A DNA stretch of 64,000 nt from Candidatus Bathyarchaeia archaeon (GTDB lineage Archaea; Thermoproteota; Bathyarchaeia; 40CM-2-53-6): NCBI GenBank assembly GCA_049513715.1, contig JBEKVV010000002.1, positions 64,001 through 128,000 on the forward strand. The letters run 5' to 3'. This document shows positions 1 through 9,817 of this stretch, piece after piece. The notes under the pieces were generated by a model, which was given only the letters and a program-made list of their open reading frames with translations, ran no database searches and was not told the origin of the DNA. Position numbers and translations under genes: made by a program. Numbering within the stretch: the stretch's first letter is position 1; every line of letters begins with the position of its first letter.

Positions 1-21
1 ATTGTAGGAAAAGCTGCGAGA

Positions 22-1029
22 ATGTACGCGCCTAATTCCCCTTTGAAACTTCAGAGTATGGAGTTCGCAACCCCTAGAGCTGATCAGGTTCTGGTCAAAA
101 TGAAGGCCAGCGGACTATGTTTCTCTGACGTGCATGCAATGAATGGAGAACTGCCCCCGTCCTGCTTGCCACTTGTGTTGGGGCATGAAGGGGCTGGAAT
201 TGTGGAAGCAAGCGGAAAGCACGTGGAGGACTTCAAGAAGGGACAGCCTGTTGTCATAGACTATGTCCAATCTTGCGGAAAATGTGGTTACTGCAAGTCC
301 CATCGTGAGAACTTGTGTTCAAACTCCAACCTCTTCGGGTTTGATGTTGACGGTTCCTTCGCGGAGTATGCCCTCGTGCCAGCAAGGAGTCTTGTGAAGT
401 TCAGCAAGAGCCTCCCGTTCGACCAGGCCTCAATCTTAGGCTGTGCTGTATCAACCCCCTACCATGCATTCAAGCGAGCCGGTCTGAAGAAGAATCAGAC
501 GGCTGTACTAATTGGCATTGGAGGCGTGGGTTATCACGCAGCCCTCCTTAGCAAACTGATTGGCGTGCGCTTTATGACCGTCGACATATCTGCCCAGCAA
601 CTCGCAAGGACGCGACAGATCGGTGCCGAACTGGCGGTAAACTCTGCTCACGAAGACCCAGTCAAATCAGTCCGCGCCTTCACAGGTGAAGAGGGCGTTG
701 ATGTGGTCTTCGACTTCGTAGGAAAGCCCGAAACAATCAAACAGGCGGTTGGAATGGTCAAAAAAGGTGGAGTCGCAGTCTTAGTTGGAATAAATCCCGG
801 ACAGATTCAACTAGATTCCATGGACCTCCTGCTGAGGGAAGTTGAGCTCAAGACTTCCATCGACCATACGCACGATGATCTGGTAGCAGTCGTGGGCTTG
901 GTCTCGAAAGGAAGACTCAACCTATCAAAATCGATAACCCACCGCATAAGCCTGGAACAGATTAACGAGGGATTTCACATACTTCAGGAGAAAATAGGCG
1001 ATCCAATTCGCGTGGCAGTCGTGCAATAG
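22..1029 (+). CDS. Zn-dependent alcohol dehydrogenase (MDR family); true start may lie before the window edge
   Basis: GLCFSD, GHEGAG, CGKCGYC..C structural Zn and GIGGVG NAD-binding motifs. Confidence 0.9.
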   Translation: MYAPNSPLKLQSMEFATPRADQVLVKMKASGLCFSDVHAMNGELPPSCLPLVLGHEGAGIVEASGKHVEDFKKGQPVVIDYVQSCGKCGYCKSHRENLCSNSNLFGFDVDGSFAEYALVPARSLVKFSKSLPFDQASILGCAVSTPYHAFKRAGLKKNQTAVLIGIGGVGYHAALLSKLIGVRFMTVDISAQQLARTRQIGAELAVNSAHEDPVKSVRAFTGEEGVDVVFDFVGKPETIKQAVGMVKKGGVAVLVGINPGQIQLDSMDLLLREVELKTSIDHTHDDLVAVVGLVSKGRLNLSKSITHRISLEQINEGFHILQEKIGDPIRVAVVQ

Positions 1030-1079
1030 CAGCATTTTTCGTGCATGGCACCTCAGAAACCGAAGGGTGCATTTCGTAT

Positions 1080-1541
1080 TCAGATCTTGTAGTGGTAAGC
1101 TCCTCTCCACTTGTAAACATCCATCACGATTGAGGTATCACTACCGCGGACAGATTGAATCTTTCCCAATTTGTCGATCAGGAACTTCTTCAAGCTTTGT
1201 ATATCGTCGGTCAGCACATCCACTAGGATGTCGTGGGTGCCCGTTGCCACGGCCAAGAAGTAGACTTCGTCAAACTCAGCGAGTTCCGCTGCGATCTTCT
1301 TGAGATCTGACGGGTTCGCGTCGACGCCAACCCGGGCAAGCAGTCTTTCTCCAGTCAATTGCTGGTTGAGGGAGATGGTGAATCGTTCGATGACCTTGTT
1401 CTTGAGGAGCCGCTTCACCCGTGCCCTCACAGCGCCCTCCGTTAGTCCTATCTGATTCCCGATTTTAGCGAAAGGGACTCTTGCGTTCTCTTGAAGCAGA
1501 CGCAAGATCTGAACATCAATCTCGTCAAGTGAACGCAACAT
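1080..1541 (-). CDS. Lrp/AsnC family transcriptional regulator (alternative starts 1553/1571)
   Basis: LDEIDVQILRLLQENARVPFAKIG..IGLTEGAVRARVKRL HTH plus C-terminal RAM domain (TGTHD). Confidence 0.92.
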   Translation of the reverse strand: MLRSLDEIDVQILRLLQENARVPFAKIGNQIGLTEGAVRARVKRLLKNKVIERFTISLNQQLTGERLLARVGVDANPSDLKKIAAELAEFDEVYFLAVATGTHDILVDVLTDDIQSLKKFLIDKLGKIQSVRGSDTSIVMDVYKWRGAYHYKI

Positions 1542-1582
1542 GAGAATCGGCATTAGGATTCTGCACTCCACAGGCTTAACTG

Positions 1583-1603
1583 TTACGAAACCCGTAATAT
1601 ATA
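1583..1603. promoter_or_regulatory. Putative Lrp operator TTACG-N5-CGTAA overlapping an AT-rich TATA-like element in the divergent promoter
   Basis: 15-bp palindrome at 1583-1597 followed by ATATAT, between lrp and the ECF operon. Confidence 0.5.
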
Positions 1604-1701
1604 TCCTGTTTGAAGTCGAGACAAGTAGAATATGCGCTCTATTTACTACGAAATCGAAATTGTCAAATACTCACCAAGGAGCACCATCAGTTGGTGAAAA
1701 T

Positions 1702-2478
1702 TTGACAAAGTACGAAAGACGTGGACTAGCCACAATTCTAGGTGCACCGATATCATGGGTTGCCCTTTTCGGAGGGCTCATCGGTTTCTCGTCACTTATC
1801 CCAATGATTTTCTACATTTTCGGCGGAGGCTTTCTGTCAGTAGGGATGGTAATCTTCGGGCCAATTGCGGGCATGGTACTCGGGCCCTTTGCGGGTTACA
1901 TCGCAGGGCTGATAGGTGGTCTAATAGGCATGTTCATCTCACCGGCGAGTTTCCCACTAGGGTTCATTGATGCAAACCTTTCAGGCGCCTTCATCCCATT
2001 GTTCTGGGGTCTCGTCAACAAGAAGTACACAAAGATCATCATTCCTTTCTGGCTCATGTGGATTGCAATAGCCATAATCTGGCCGTACCACTTCCCCGGC
2101 CCTGCAGGGGGCTTTGCCACTCCAAGTGAGCCGACGTACACAGTGAGTTGGTTGTGGACATACATCGGCTTCGCTCTCTTCCTTGCGCTTGGAATCAAGT
2201 TCATACCAAACTGGATCAAGGAAGGCTCTCCTCGCCGCAAGATGTTTGCAGGGCTCGGAATCTACAATTTCATCGCGAATACAGCGTGGATGGTTCCTTG
2301 GAAGATCATCTACTTCGGGATTCTGAAATATCCGTCAGATGTCGTAGTAGCGGACAACCTGGTCTCATGGTGGGCCTATACCCTACCCATGGTAGTCGCA
2401 TCCACAATAGTGGGCGTAGTAGTACTTGAAGCGCTTCGCAAGAGCGGACTTCGCAGACCACCCGGCGGGATCGTTTGA
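1702..2478 (+). CDS. Probable ECF transporter substrate-binding (S) component
   Basis: Multi-TM protein with GPIAGMVLGPFAGYIAGLIGGLIG S-component-like helix; first gene before ECF A and T genes; GGTGA RBS before TTG at 1702. Confidence 0.7.
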   Translation: MTKYERRGLATILGAPISWVALFGGLIGFSSLIPMIFYIFGGGFLSVGMVIFGPIAGMVLGPFAGYIAGLIGGLIGMFISPASFPLGFIDANLSGAFIPLFWGLVNKKYTKIIIPFWLMWIAIAIIWPYHFPGPAGGFATPSEPTYTVSWLWTYIGFALFLALGIKFIPNWIKEGSPRRKMFAGLGIYNFIANTAWMVPWKIIYFGILKYPSDVVVADNLVSWWAYTLPMVVASTIVGVVVLEALRKSGLRRPPGGIV

Positions 2479-2492
2479 AGGAGGAAACAAAC

Positions 2493-2708
2493 ATGAACGA
2501 AGAAGGAAAGAAATACCTCAAACAAACGCTCCCAGGATTAGTCGGCGCGATCCTCCTTGTTTACGGAGGACTCAGCCTGGCAACAATCTACTGGTCAACT
2601 GAAGCCTACCAAACAGCCACGCAAACTAACATCTACTCAGCAGCAATCGCCGCAGTAATCGGCGTAATACTAGTACTCGTCTGGCTAGCCACTGGAAAGC
2701 GAAAGTAA
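2493..2708 (+). CDS. Small two-TM membrane protein in the ECF operon
   Basis: GGAGG RBS, two hydrophobic helices, operon position. Confidence 0.7.
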   Translation: MNEEGKKYLKQTLPGLVGAILLVYGGLSLATIYWSTEAYQTATQTNIYSAAIAAVIGVILVLVWLATGKRK

Positions 2709-2726
2709 CAACCCTAAGACAAAAAA

Positions 2727-4460
2727 ATGAGTTGGCGCCCGTCAGTGGAGGAGGATTACATCAAAATCTCGAACCTCTCGTTCACGTATCCCGACGGGAC
2801 CCTGGCACTGAAGAACATCAACCTGGCCATCAAAAAGGGCGAGTACGTAGTCATCATGGGTCAAAACGGTGCAGGAAAAACAACCCTTTCCCTTTTTTTG
2901 AATGGAACTATACCGAACATAACCGGAGGCACAGTCGAGGGAACGGTTACCTCAGCGGGCCTGAACCCCTTTGAAAGGCCCGTTTATGAAATGGCACAGA
3001 AGGTCGGCGTAGTACTACAAGATCCTGAAGCCCAACTAATCTGCTCAGACGTCAAAGCGGAAGTGGCATTCGCAGCAGAGAACTTGGGCCTACCTCGTGA
3101 AGAAATCGAGAAACGCATTCAATGGGCAAACAAGATTGTCCGTCTTGACGGAATGGAGGACAGAAGCCCACAGCAGCTGTCCGGAGGACAGAAGCAGCGG
3201 CTAGCCATCGCAGCCAACTTGGTCATGCAACCCGAAGTCATCGTTTTGGACGAGCCCACCTCGCAGCTGGACCCCGTCGGAACAACTGAAGTTTTCTCGG
3301 TTCTGAAGGACCTCAACGAGAAACACAACATGACCGTGGTTATGGCTGAACACAAGAGTGAGGCCGCTGCTGAATTCGCCGACAGAATCGTGGTGTTAAA
3401 CAATGGCGAGATTGTTGCGGACGGCGAGCCGCATGAAGTTTTCGGGAATGTAGACATGCTCAAGAAAGTGTACGTTAAGGTTCCAGATGTCACGATGCTC
3501 GCTTGGAAAATGAAAGAGAAGATGCCGACCGGAAAGTATCCCATCACAATACCTGAAGCGCACAGTGTGATCGACGGGATAGCTCAGAAGGTGAACGTGA
3601 GCAGAACTACTTTTCCGGTCGAGATAGCATCGAGGTCATCCGTAGCGAAGCCCATCGTGGAGGTTGAAGACTTCCATTTCTCATATCCCCAAGCTGCGAC
3701 AGAGGCCTTGGCAGGCGTCAACGCGGCCATTTACGACGGCGAGTTCGTGGCTCTCATCGGACAGAATGGTTCCGGAAAGACAACCTTGGTGAAATGCCTG
3801 CTTGGCATTCTGCGGTCAAAGAAAGGCCGGATAGTCGTTGATGGTAATGATATCAAAGGCACGCGGCCGGGAGAGCTTGCTAAGAAGATAGGGCTCGTGC
3901 TGCAGAACCCCGACACTCAACTCTTTCAGATGTCGGTTAAGGAAGAAATTGAGTTCGGGCTGCGTAACATCGGCGTGCCTGAGAGCGAAATCGAACCACG
4001 AATCGACGAAGCCATAAAGGCTACAGGCCTCGAGGCTTGGAGGGACATTTACCCATTCAGGTTGAGTTTCGGGGACCGGCGCAAAGTGGCTGTCGCCGCA
4101 ATCATAGCCATGAAACCCCGGATACTGATTTTTGATGAACCAACAACTGGGCAGGATTTCCGCGGTAGGTATGAACTTGCCGAGATAGCTAAGCAACTAA
4201 ACGAATCGGGCTCAACTGTGATAATGATTACACATGACATGGACCTCGTGGCCAGGTATGCCAAACGGACCATCGTCATGGGCTTAGGAAAGATAATCGC
4301 AGAGGGACCAACACGTGAGATCTTTAAACAAACTAAGCTCTTAGAACAGACTTTCCTCCGCCCGCCACAGATCACTCAATTATCAAACGAGATCGGCGTC
4401 CCAGCCATGTCCGGTTCCCTCACAGTAGATGAACTCTATTCGAATCTGACAAAGGGGTGA
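2727..4460 (+). CDS. ECF transporter ATPase, fused tandem A-A' domains
   Basis: Two Walker A motifs (GQNGAGKTT, GQNGSGKTT), Q-loops QDP/QNP, LSGGQ signature, DEPT Walker B. Confidence 0.93.
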   Translation: MSWRPSVEEDYIKISNLSFTYPDGTLALKNINLAIKKGEYVVIMGQNGAGKTTLSLFLNGTIPNITGGTVEGTVTSAGLNPFERPVYEMAQKVGVVLQDPEAQLICSDVKAEVAFAAENLGLPREEIEKRIQWANKIVRLDGMEDRSPQQLSGGQKQRLAIAANLVMQPEVIVLDEPTSQLDPVGTTEVFSVLKDLNEKHNMTVVMAEHKSEAAAEFADRIVVLNNGEIVADGEPHEVFGNVDMLKKVYVKVPDVTMLAWKMKEKMPTGKYPITIPEAHSVIDGIAQKVNVSRTTFPVEIASRSSVAKPIVEVEDFHFSYPQAATEALAGVNAAIYDGEFVALIGQNGSGKTTLVKCLLGILRSKKGRIVVDGNDIKGTRPGELAKKIGLVLQNPDTQLFQMSVKEEIEFGLRNIGVPESEIEPRIDEAIKATGLEAWRDIYPFRLSFGDRRKVAVAAIIAMKPRILIFDEPTTGQDFRGRYELAEIAKQLNESGSTVIMITHDMDLVARYAKRTIVMGLGKIIAEGPTREIFKQTKLLEQTFLRPPQITQLSNEIGVPAMSGSLTVDELYSNLTKG

Positions 4461-4466
4461 AAAGAA

Positions 4467-5270
4467 ATGGCGATGATAGAATACATAAAGAAAGACACAA
4501 TTGTACACGGCCTGAACCCCATAACGAAGATCTTCCTGTTAGTAGCCTTCTGGGCCGTCGCGCTAGTCATGTTTGACTTGGTATCTGTCATACTGATAGT
4601 CATCGTGTCTGTGGTACTTTGGCGTCTCTCGGGGATCCCGCTCTCAGTGTTAAGGAAGGTATTCGTTCTGCTGTCTGTCGTATTCGTTGTCTACATTCTC
4701 GTTAACGGTTTCATGTATTTCAGAGGAAAGACTCCGATCTTCTTCGTTCTCGGCCATCCGTTCACGTGGGAAGGGCTAATCTTCGGTATTACAATAAGCC
4801 TCAAAGTCCTGGCGGTTGTGTGTCTCGTGCCAGTTCTAACCATGACAACTCCCATGTCGAAGTTGATGGCGGCGATGGCAAAGATGAAGGTACCATACAA
4901 GTTCGTTTTCACTTTCGCAATGGCGATCAGGCTTACGCCTCTGATCGACCAGGTGTATCATGAAATAATCGAGGCGCAGAAACTGCGTGGCCACGACGTC
5001 GATTCGATGGGCTTGATTAAGAAGATTCGGAAGGGGTACCTGCCAATCTTCGTTCCACTAATCCTGACTTTGCTCAGGCGTTCATCTGACATGGATGTGG
5101 CGATTGAATCCCGTGCCTTCGGTGCTCCGGTGAAGCGAACGTACGTGGAAGAGATGGGATTTCATGCTTGGGACTTTGTTTTCATGGGGGTGACCGTCAT
5201 TATCGCCGGCTCCATCCTAACTTACTCGTTCCTATACGGAAGTCTCACACTCGGTGTGTTGCCGGTATGA
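4467..5270 (+). CDS. ecfT: ECF transporter transmembrane T component
   Basis: LNPITK N-terminus, AQKLRG and AIESRAF conserved Arg motifs. Confidence 0.92.
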   Translation: MAMIEYIKKDTIVHGLNPITKIFLLVAFWAVALVMFDLVSVILIVIVSVVLWRLSGIPLSVLRKVFVLLSVVFVVYILVNGFMYFRGKTPIFFVLGHPFTWEGLIFGITISLKVLAVVCLVPVLTMTTPMSKLMAAMAKMKVPYKFVFTFAMAIRLTPLIDQVYHEIIEAQKLRGHDVDSMGLIKKIRKGYLPIFVPLILTLLRRSSDMDVAIESRAFGAPVKRTYVEEMGFHAWDFVFMGVTVIIAGSILTYSFLYGSLTLGVLPV

Positions 5271-5296
5271 TTCCAAATCATATGAGGTTGAACTGA

Positions 5297-6226
5297 ATGT
5301 TTCGCGGACGCGACTTCTTGACTTTGATGGATTTCTCGCGACTTGAGATCGAGACGATTCTTGACACCGCGCGAGACCTGAAACAAAAGTTGCGACGGCA
5401 TGAACCGCACGAATATCTACGAGGTAGATCCGTAGCGGTTTTGTTTGAGAAGCCCTCCACGAGGACTAGGACCTCGTTCCAAGCTGCCATCGCTCACCTG
5501 GGCGCTCAAAGCTTCTACATGAGACCCGATGAGATGCAGCTCGCCAGAGGAGAACCAGTAAAGGATACTGCACGAGTGATCGACCGATACTGCGATGCAC
5601 TGGTCATGCGCACTTTCGGCCAAGATCGGATCGAAGAGTTTGCCAGATACATGGAAAACCCGGTCATCAACGCCTTAACCGACCTGACGCACCCCTGCCA
5701 AGGCCTAGCCGACATGCTGACGATACTTGAGTACAAAGAACAACTAGACACCGTCAAGGTCTGCTATGCAGGTGATCTTTGGAACGTCTGCCACAGCCTC
5801 ATTGTAAGTGCTTCCATCTTCGGCTTCAAACTGCATATTGCACGGCCAAATGGCTACGAGCCGAACGAAAGGATCATGAGGTTCGCAACGGAGAAGGCAA
5901 AACACACTGGTGCTGAGATCGTAATCACGGACGACCTTAAGCAGGCGGTGAAGGACGCGGACGTCCTGTATGCTAATACGTGGCACAGCATGGGAGGCCC
6001 AGAGAAGGAGAAAGAAAAACGCATACGCCACTTCGCTCCATATCAGCTGAACCACAATGTGGCCGAAGCTGCAAAGCCAGACTACATCTTCATGCACTGT
6101 CTCCCCGGATATAGAGGGGAAGAGATGTCTGAAGAGATCATCGAAGGTTCTCACTCTGCAGTCTGGGATCAAGCTGAGAACCGTATGCACACCGAGAAGG
6201 CCGTACTGGCCCTGACAATGACGTAG
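5297..6226 (+). CDS. argF: Ornithine carbamoyltransferase-family enzyme (variant substrate loop)
   Basis: STRT, HPCQ, HCLP and QAENRMH motifs; SMG loop reads YANTWHSMG. Confidence 0.85.
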   Translation: MFRGRDFLTLMDFSRLEIETILDTARDLKQKLRRHEPHEYLRGRSVAVLFEKPSTRTRTSFQAAIAHLGAQSFYMRPDEMQLARGEPVKDTARVIDRYCDALVMRTFGQDRIEEFARYMENPVINALTDLTHPCQGLADMLTILEYKEQLDTVKVCYAGDLWNVCHSLIVSASIFGFKLHIARPNGYEPNERIMRFATEKAKHTGAEIVITDDLKQAVKDADVLYANTWHSMGGPEKEKEKRIRHFAPYQLNHNVAEAAKPDYIFMHCLPGYRGEEMSEEIIEGSHSAVWDQAENRMHTEKAVLALTMT

Positions 6227-6253
6227 CCATGAACATGAGGGGCTAATTTCATC

Positions 6254-7609
6254 ATGTGGACCGTTAAGTCGGAATCTGGGACGCTTCACGCAGCCCTCAT
6301 ACAGGACACGACTAGGAATTTCTGGGAGAACAAACTGCCCTTCGTCGGCGGAGAATCGAACTTACAATACCTACCCAGATGCCCCCACGCCGACTACGAC
6401 GCCGGGGGACATGACCAATGGTTGAAACTGGGACAGTTCTTCGAGGAAGAAGGGGTGCAAGTGTTCGAAGTCACCTCGATTCTGAGGAAGGCTATCGAAC
6501 GAGCATCGGAAGCGGGACGAAGGGAAATAATCAAAATGTTCTGGGGCGAGAATCCCCGGGCTCCATCCCCCGCTGAACTCAAGGTTGAACACATAACTGA
6601 CGGCTACCCGCCGACGCCATACTACGACCAAGCTAATGATCAAGTCATACTTCCCGACTTCAAGAGAGCAACGTGGACTTACACCAGGGACACATCATTC
6701 ACGACTCAGATAGGGACGGTCATCTGCAACATGCGCAGATACAGCAGACTACTTGAGCCAAAAGTTGTGAAACTCGCATACGAGTCCGACCCAGTCCTGA
6801 AGAAGAATGTCAGCCTAATCTGGGACGCGAACGACCTAACCATAGCAAATACAGAGTCACCAAACATTGAGGGAGGCGATACCGAAATAATCGATGAAGA
6901 GACCATAGCAGTTGGCCTCGGGCAACGGTCAACTTTTACAGGTTTCTTAGAGTTTGCCAAGAGAATATTTTCCACTGATCCGAATAAGCAGGTCAAGTAT
7001 GTTTGCGCGGTCTTCAATGCTGATTATCCAGCAGTGGACTACATGCACCTAGATGTTGTCATCAACTTTCCAGCAAACCGGAAGGCGCTCATCATGCCCT
7101 ACTATTTTGAGAGCGAAATAGTCAAAGACATGCCCCCGAAAAAACTCCTGCTGAAACTGCTCGCCGCCACAAGGGCGCAATCGGAACGCGATGCGAGGCC
7201 CATGCATGATGTTGTAGGCCCCGCCGCGTTCGAGAAAGCGGGTCAATGCTACGTGTACGTCAGGGGTGAACGAAATGAACCCGTGCTTCTGAGGCGTGAG
7301 GTGAGCCTCGTAGACTTCCTGATCAAAGAGGACAAGATTGACAAGGACGGTTTGATTTTTGTGGGCGGGGAACCGAAGGAGAAGAACGACATGAAGCACC
7401 TGATGCTCGCGCTGATGGAGCAGACTCGCGGCGCAACCAATATAGTGACAGTAAAATCGGGCACAGTCATATCCTACGCCCGAACCACAGCCACCCTTGA
7501 AGCGCTGAAACAAAACGGAATCCGCGTCAAGAAATGGGATGACAGTTACCTAGACATGCTAGGAGGACCGCACTGCTCAACAGCCCCACTCTCCAGAGAC
7601 CCTAACTAA
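6254..7609 (+). CDS. arcA: Arginine deiminase-family (amidinotransferase superfamily) enzyme
   Basis: V.SE.G.L start, YTRD, IEGGD, MHLD and GGPHCST catalytic motifs. Confidence 0.8.
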   Translation: MWTVKSESGTLHAALIQDTTRNFWENKLPFVGGESNLQYLPRCPHADYDAGGHDQWLKLGQFFEEEGVQVFEVTSILRKAIERASEAGRREIIKMFWGENPRAPSPAELKVEHITDGYPPTPYYDQANDQVILPDFKRATWTYTRDTSFTTQIGTVICNMRRYSRLLEPKVVKLAYESDPVLKKNVSLIWDANDLTIANTESPNIEGGDTEIIDEETIAVGLGQRSTFTGFLEFAKRIFSTDPNKQVKYVCAVFNADYPAVDYMHLDVVINFPANRKALIMPYYFESEIVKDMPPKKLLLKLLAATRAQSERDARPMHDVVGPAAFEKAGQCYVYVRGERNEPVLLRREVSLVDFLIKEDKIDKDGLIFVGGEPKEKNDMKHLMLALMEQTRGATNIVTVKSGTVISYARTTATLEALKQNGIRVKKWDDSYLDMLGGPHCSTAPLSRDPN

Positions 7610-7917
7610 AGGATATGAATGCCATCCAGGAACACGCTGACTTCGTAGCGTTCACCAGTGGGTGGCCCAGCAAGAACCCCTGCAAGGTTGTCCATCAGTT
7701 CCCGGTAAAGAGGGCTGGTTTCGAATTGTGTCAGGTCGTCTTGCGTTTCCCATAGGTTGATCGAGATCGCTTTCCCGGTGTCGCGCTGTGTAAGCAGAAG
7801 TTGACCTTTGAACCCCTTTTGCTTCTGCATAACCGGTACAATGGAATCTTTGACTATGCGGCTTGCTTCCTGAATCTTCCCGGATTGAAACTGGACGTTC
7901 ACCGCTCTCGCATACAT
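7606..7917 (-). CDS. Antibiotic biosynthesis monooxygenase (ABM/Dabb) family protein
   Basis: QKGFKG..LL..GKAISINLWET pattern, about 100 aa. Confidence 0.75.
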   Translation of the reverse strand: MYARAVNVQFQSGKIQEASRIVKDSIVPVMQKQKGFKGQLLLTQRDTGKAISINLWETQDDLTQFETSPLYRELMDNLAGVLAGPPTGERYEVSVFLDGIHIL

Positions 7918-8117
7918 CCCTTATCTCCTCACACGCTTGAATCGTTCTCTCAAGTACTTGGGCTTTCCTAGAAGTTCATCAATGAATCAGAAACAAGACA
8001 GTGGCCCTAATAATCGGGCAAAAGGAGGAGCTACAAATCACAGAGGCACAAATTCGAGGTAGGGCTCGCAGTTATCCAGTGGAAATGAGTGTACTGGGTT
8101 CGTCAGTTTGCGTATTC

Positions 8118-8133
8118 GGTGGGATTTGAACCC
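8118..8133. repeat. 16-bp copy of the tRNA-Ser T-arm (possible att remnant)
   Basis: ggtgggatttgaaccc is identical to 13377-13392. Confidence 0.45.
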
Positions 8134-8312
8134 CCCGCAGTTCCCGTGCGTGGCTGGATGAACCCCGGAAGTTTGTTGGGGCTTGATTCTTTCTCGCTAG
8201 ACAACTAAACTCATGTTCCACTAATTGCATATCTAGCACTAATTGTTTAGGTCAACGTTGGACAATGTTGAGTTCGAACTCTTGTCCGCGTAAGCTGAGC
8301 AGACGGCGACTT

Positions 8313-9000
8313 CTATTTCGTTATACCCACGTGCTCTCTGACTTTCCGCACTAGCACCGAGTATCGTGGGTCGGTTCTTGCCTGGGCGAAGAGTGGTGAG
8401 TGCATCAGGAATAAGGGGACTAGTGCATGGGTTTCAATGACCTTGTACATAAGTTCGAAGAAGGAGTCGAGGTCTCCGAGGGCGTAATAGACGTAGGCGA
8501 TGTAGTTGAAGGAGATCGGTCCCATTTTCGCGTCCTCAATCCTCTTTATCATGAGCAGCGCCGTCTCCCTGTCGCCTTCCCTAGCTGCAATGACTCCTCT
8601 CACCCACATGACCCAGGGACGAGTGGGCTCAAGCTTCTCCGCCTTCGCATGAAACTCCTTAGCTTTCTCGATGTCGCCCTTGGTTAGGTAGTAATCCGTC
8701 ATGCCCCTGTAAACCTCTGCTGGGGCTAGTTGCTCGGTCTTCTTCCAGTGTTCTAGTGCCTCCTGATGCCTGCCCGTAAAGAGGTATGTTTCTCCAACAA
8801 GCCAGATGTAGTGGGGTCTCAGTGGGTCTAAGCGGTAGGCTGTCTCTATTTGCTTAACCATCTCTCCTTCGTTCCCTCTGAGTGCAGCCAGTTCGAACAA
8901 ACAACGGTATGGTTCGGTGAGACTCGGGTTAAGCTCCAACGCCTTTCTTGCCTCCGCCTCTGCACCCGGCATGTCGTCCATATCGAAGAGCAATCCCGAG
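8313..9000 (-). pseudogene. C-terminal TPR fragment of the IS-interrupted KaiC-like/TolB-like/TPR gene
   Basis: TPR repeats (AEAEARKALELNPS, AYRLDPL); joins 11749-13174 in frame when the IS and one TSD copy are removed. Confidence 0.88.
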
Positions 9001-9060
9001 GGTAACGTCACTTCTGCGTTTGGTGAAAGCATCTCGTAGCTGTGTAACAATTCGTTTGGT

Positions 9061-9546
9061 TCAGTAGCGTCTTTCGTAGCGAGAAAGTTTAATCTTCGCC
9101 TTGGCTGGCCTGAGAATTGTGCGTTGTATGCGTTCCCTGAAAGTTATGTCAAATTTCAAGAAGACTGAATCCCGACCCAGTACAGTATACGGTATAGCCT
9201 CTGGATTGACTGGGACGAAGACAGGCATGTCTGCGAAAGTTGCTATATTATTTCCCGCTTTCAAGACCTCGATGGTGAGGTTGAAAATCACTGTGTCGAA
9301 CCCGCCGCCTGCACCTATAGATGGTGTTGCCTTTTTGGGGTCTATTTGGAGACCTAAGATTTCTGCTAGGTCTGTTGGGACGAATGTATTGGTCGCTCCT
9401 GAATCAACAAGACCTAAAGTTGTTAGACTTGCTGTTGCTGTCCTAAGTCTGACATGGAGAAGCGGAACCCTAAACGCTCGCTTAAGCAGGGGATGATAAT
9501 ATGAAAGATAACGATTTACTACAGCACCTTTGAAAAGAGAGGACAA
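9061..9546 (-). CDS. Retropepsin-like (clan AA) aspartyl protease, IS passenger
   Basis: GLVDSGATNTFVP catalytic motif and LGRD motif. Confidence 0.85.
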   Translation of the reverse strand: MSSLFKGAVVNRYLSYYHPLLKRAFRVPLLHVRLRTATASLTTLGLVDSGATNTFVPTDLAEILGLQIDPKKATPSIGAGGGFDTVIFNLTIEVLKAGNNIATFADMPVFVPVNPEAIPYTVLGRDSVFLKFDITFRERIQRTILRPAKAKIKLSRYERRY

Positions 9547-9552
9547 GTTAGG

Positions 9553-9747
9553 TTACAGCAGCATTACGGTGTCGGACGGAATTTTCATAACGAATGGCTC
9601 CTTGTCTGGATACCTTCGTTTGGCTTCCGCGAACACTTCTTTTCCGCTGTCACCAGATGCAACAAGTTCCTTGCCAACGAGCGCAATCCATTTGCCTACA
9701 TACTCGCGTAGATCGCCCATTGACATTAGGTAGTTCAAATAGTCCAT
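9553..9747 (-). CDS. DUF5678-like small protein, IS passenger
   Basis: YVGKWIALVG.ELVASG...EVFAEAKRRYP pattern; directly upstream of the aspartyl protease. Confidence 0.75.
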   Translation of the reverse strand: MDYLNYLMSMGDLREYVGKWIALVGKELVASGDSGKEVFAEAKRRYPDKEPFVMKIPSDTVMLL

Positions 9748-9817
9748 TTTTCTCTACTCCTGAAAAATAACAACTGTACATTTAACCCTGTTGTTCGCCT
9801 ATCCAATGTTACAGTCG

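Noticed and set aside
1540..1701. N-terminal extension of the S-component ORF
   Set aside because: Covers the divergent promoter; the RBS supports TTG 1702
8313..9050. Stand-alone 245-aa TPR gene
   Set aside because: Its start lies within the IS left end; it is the distal half of the interrupted gene
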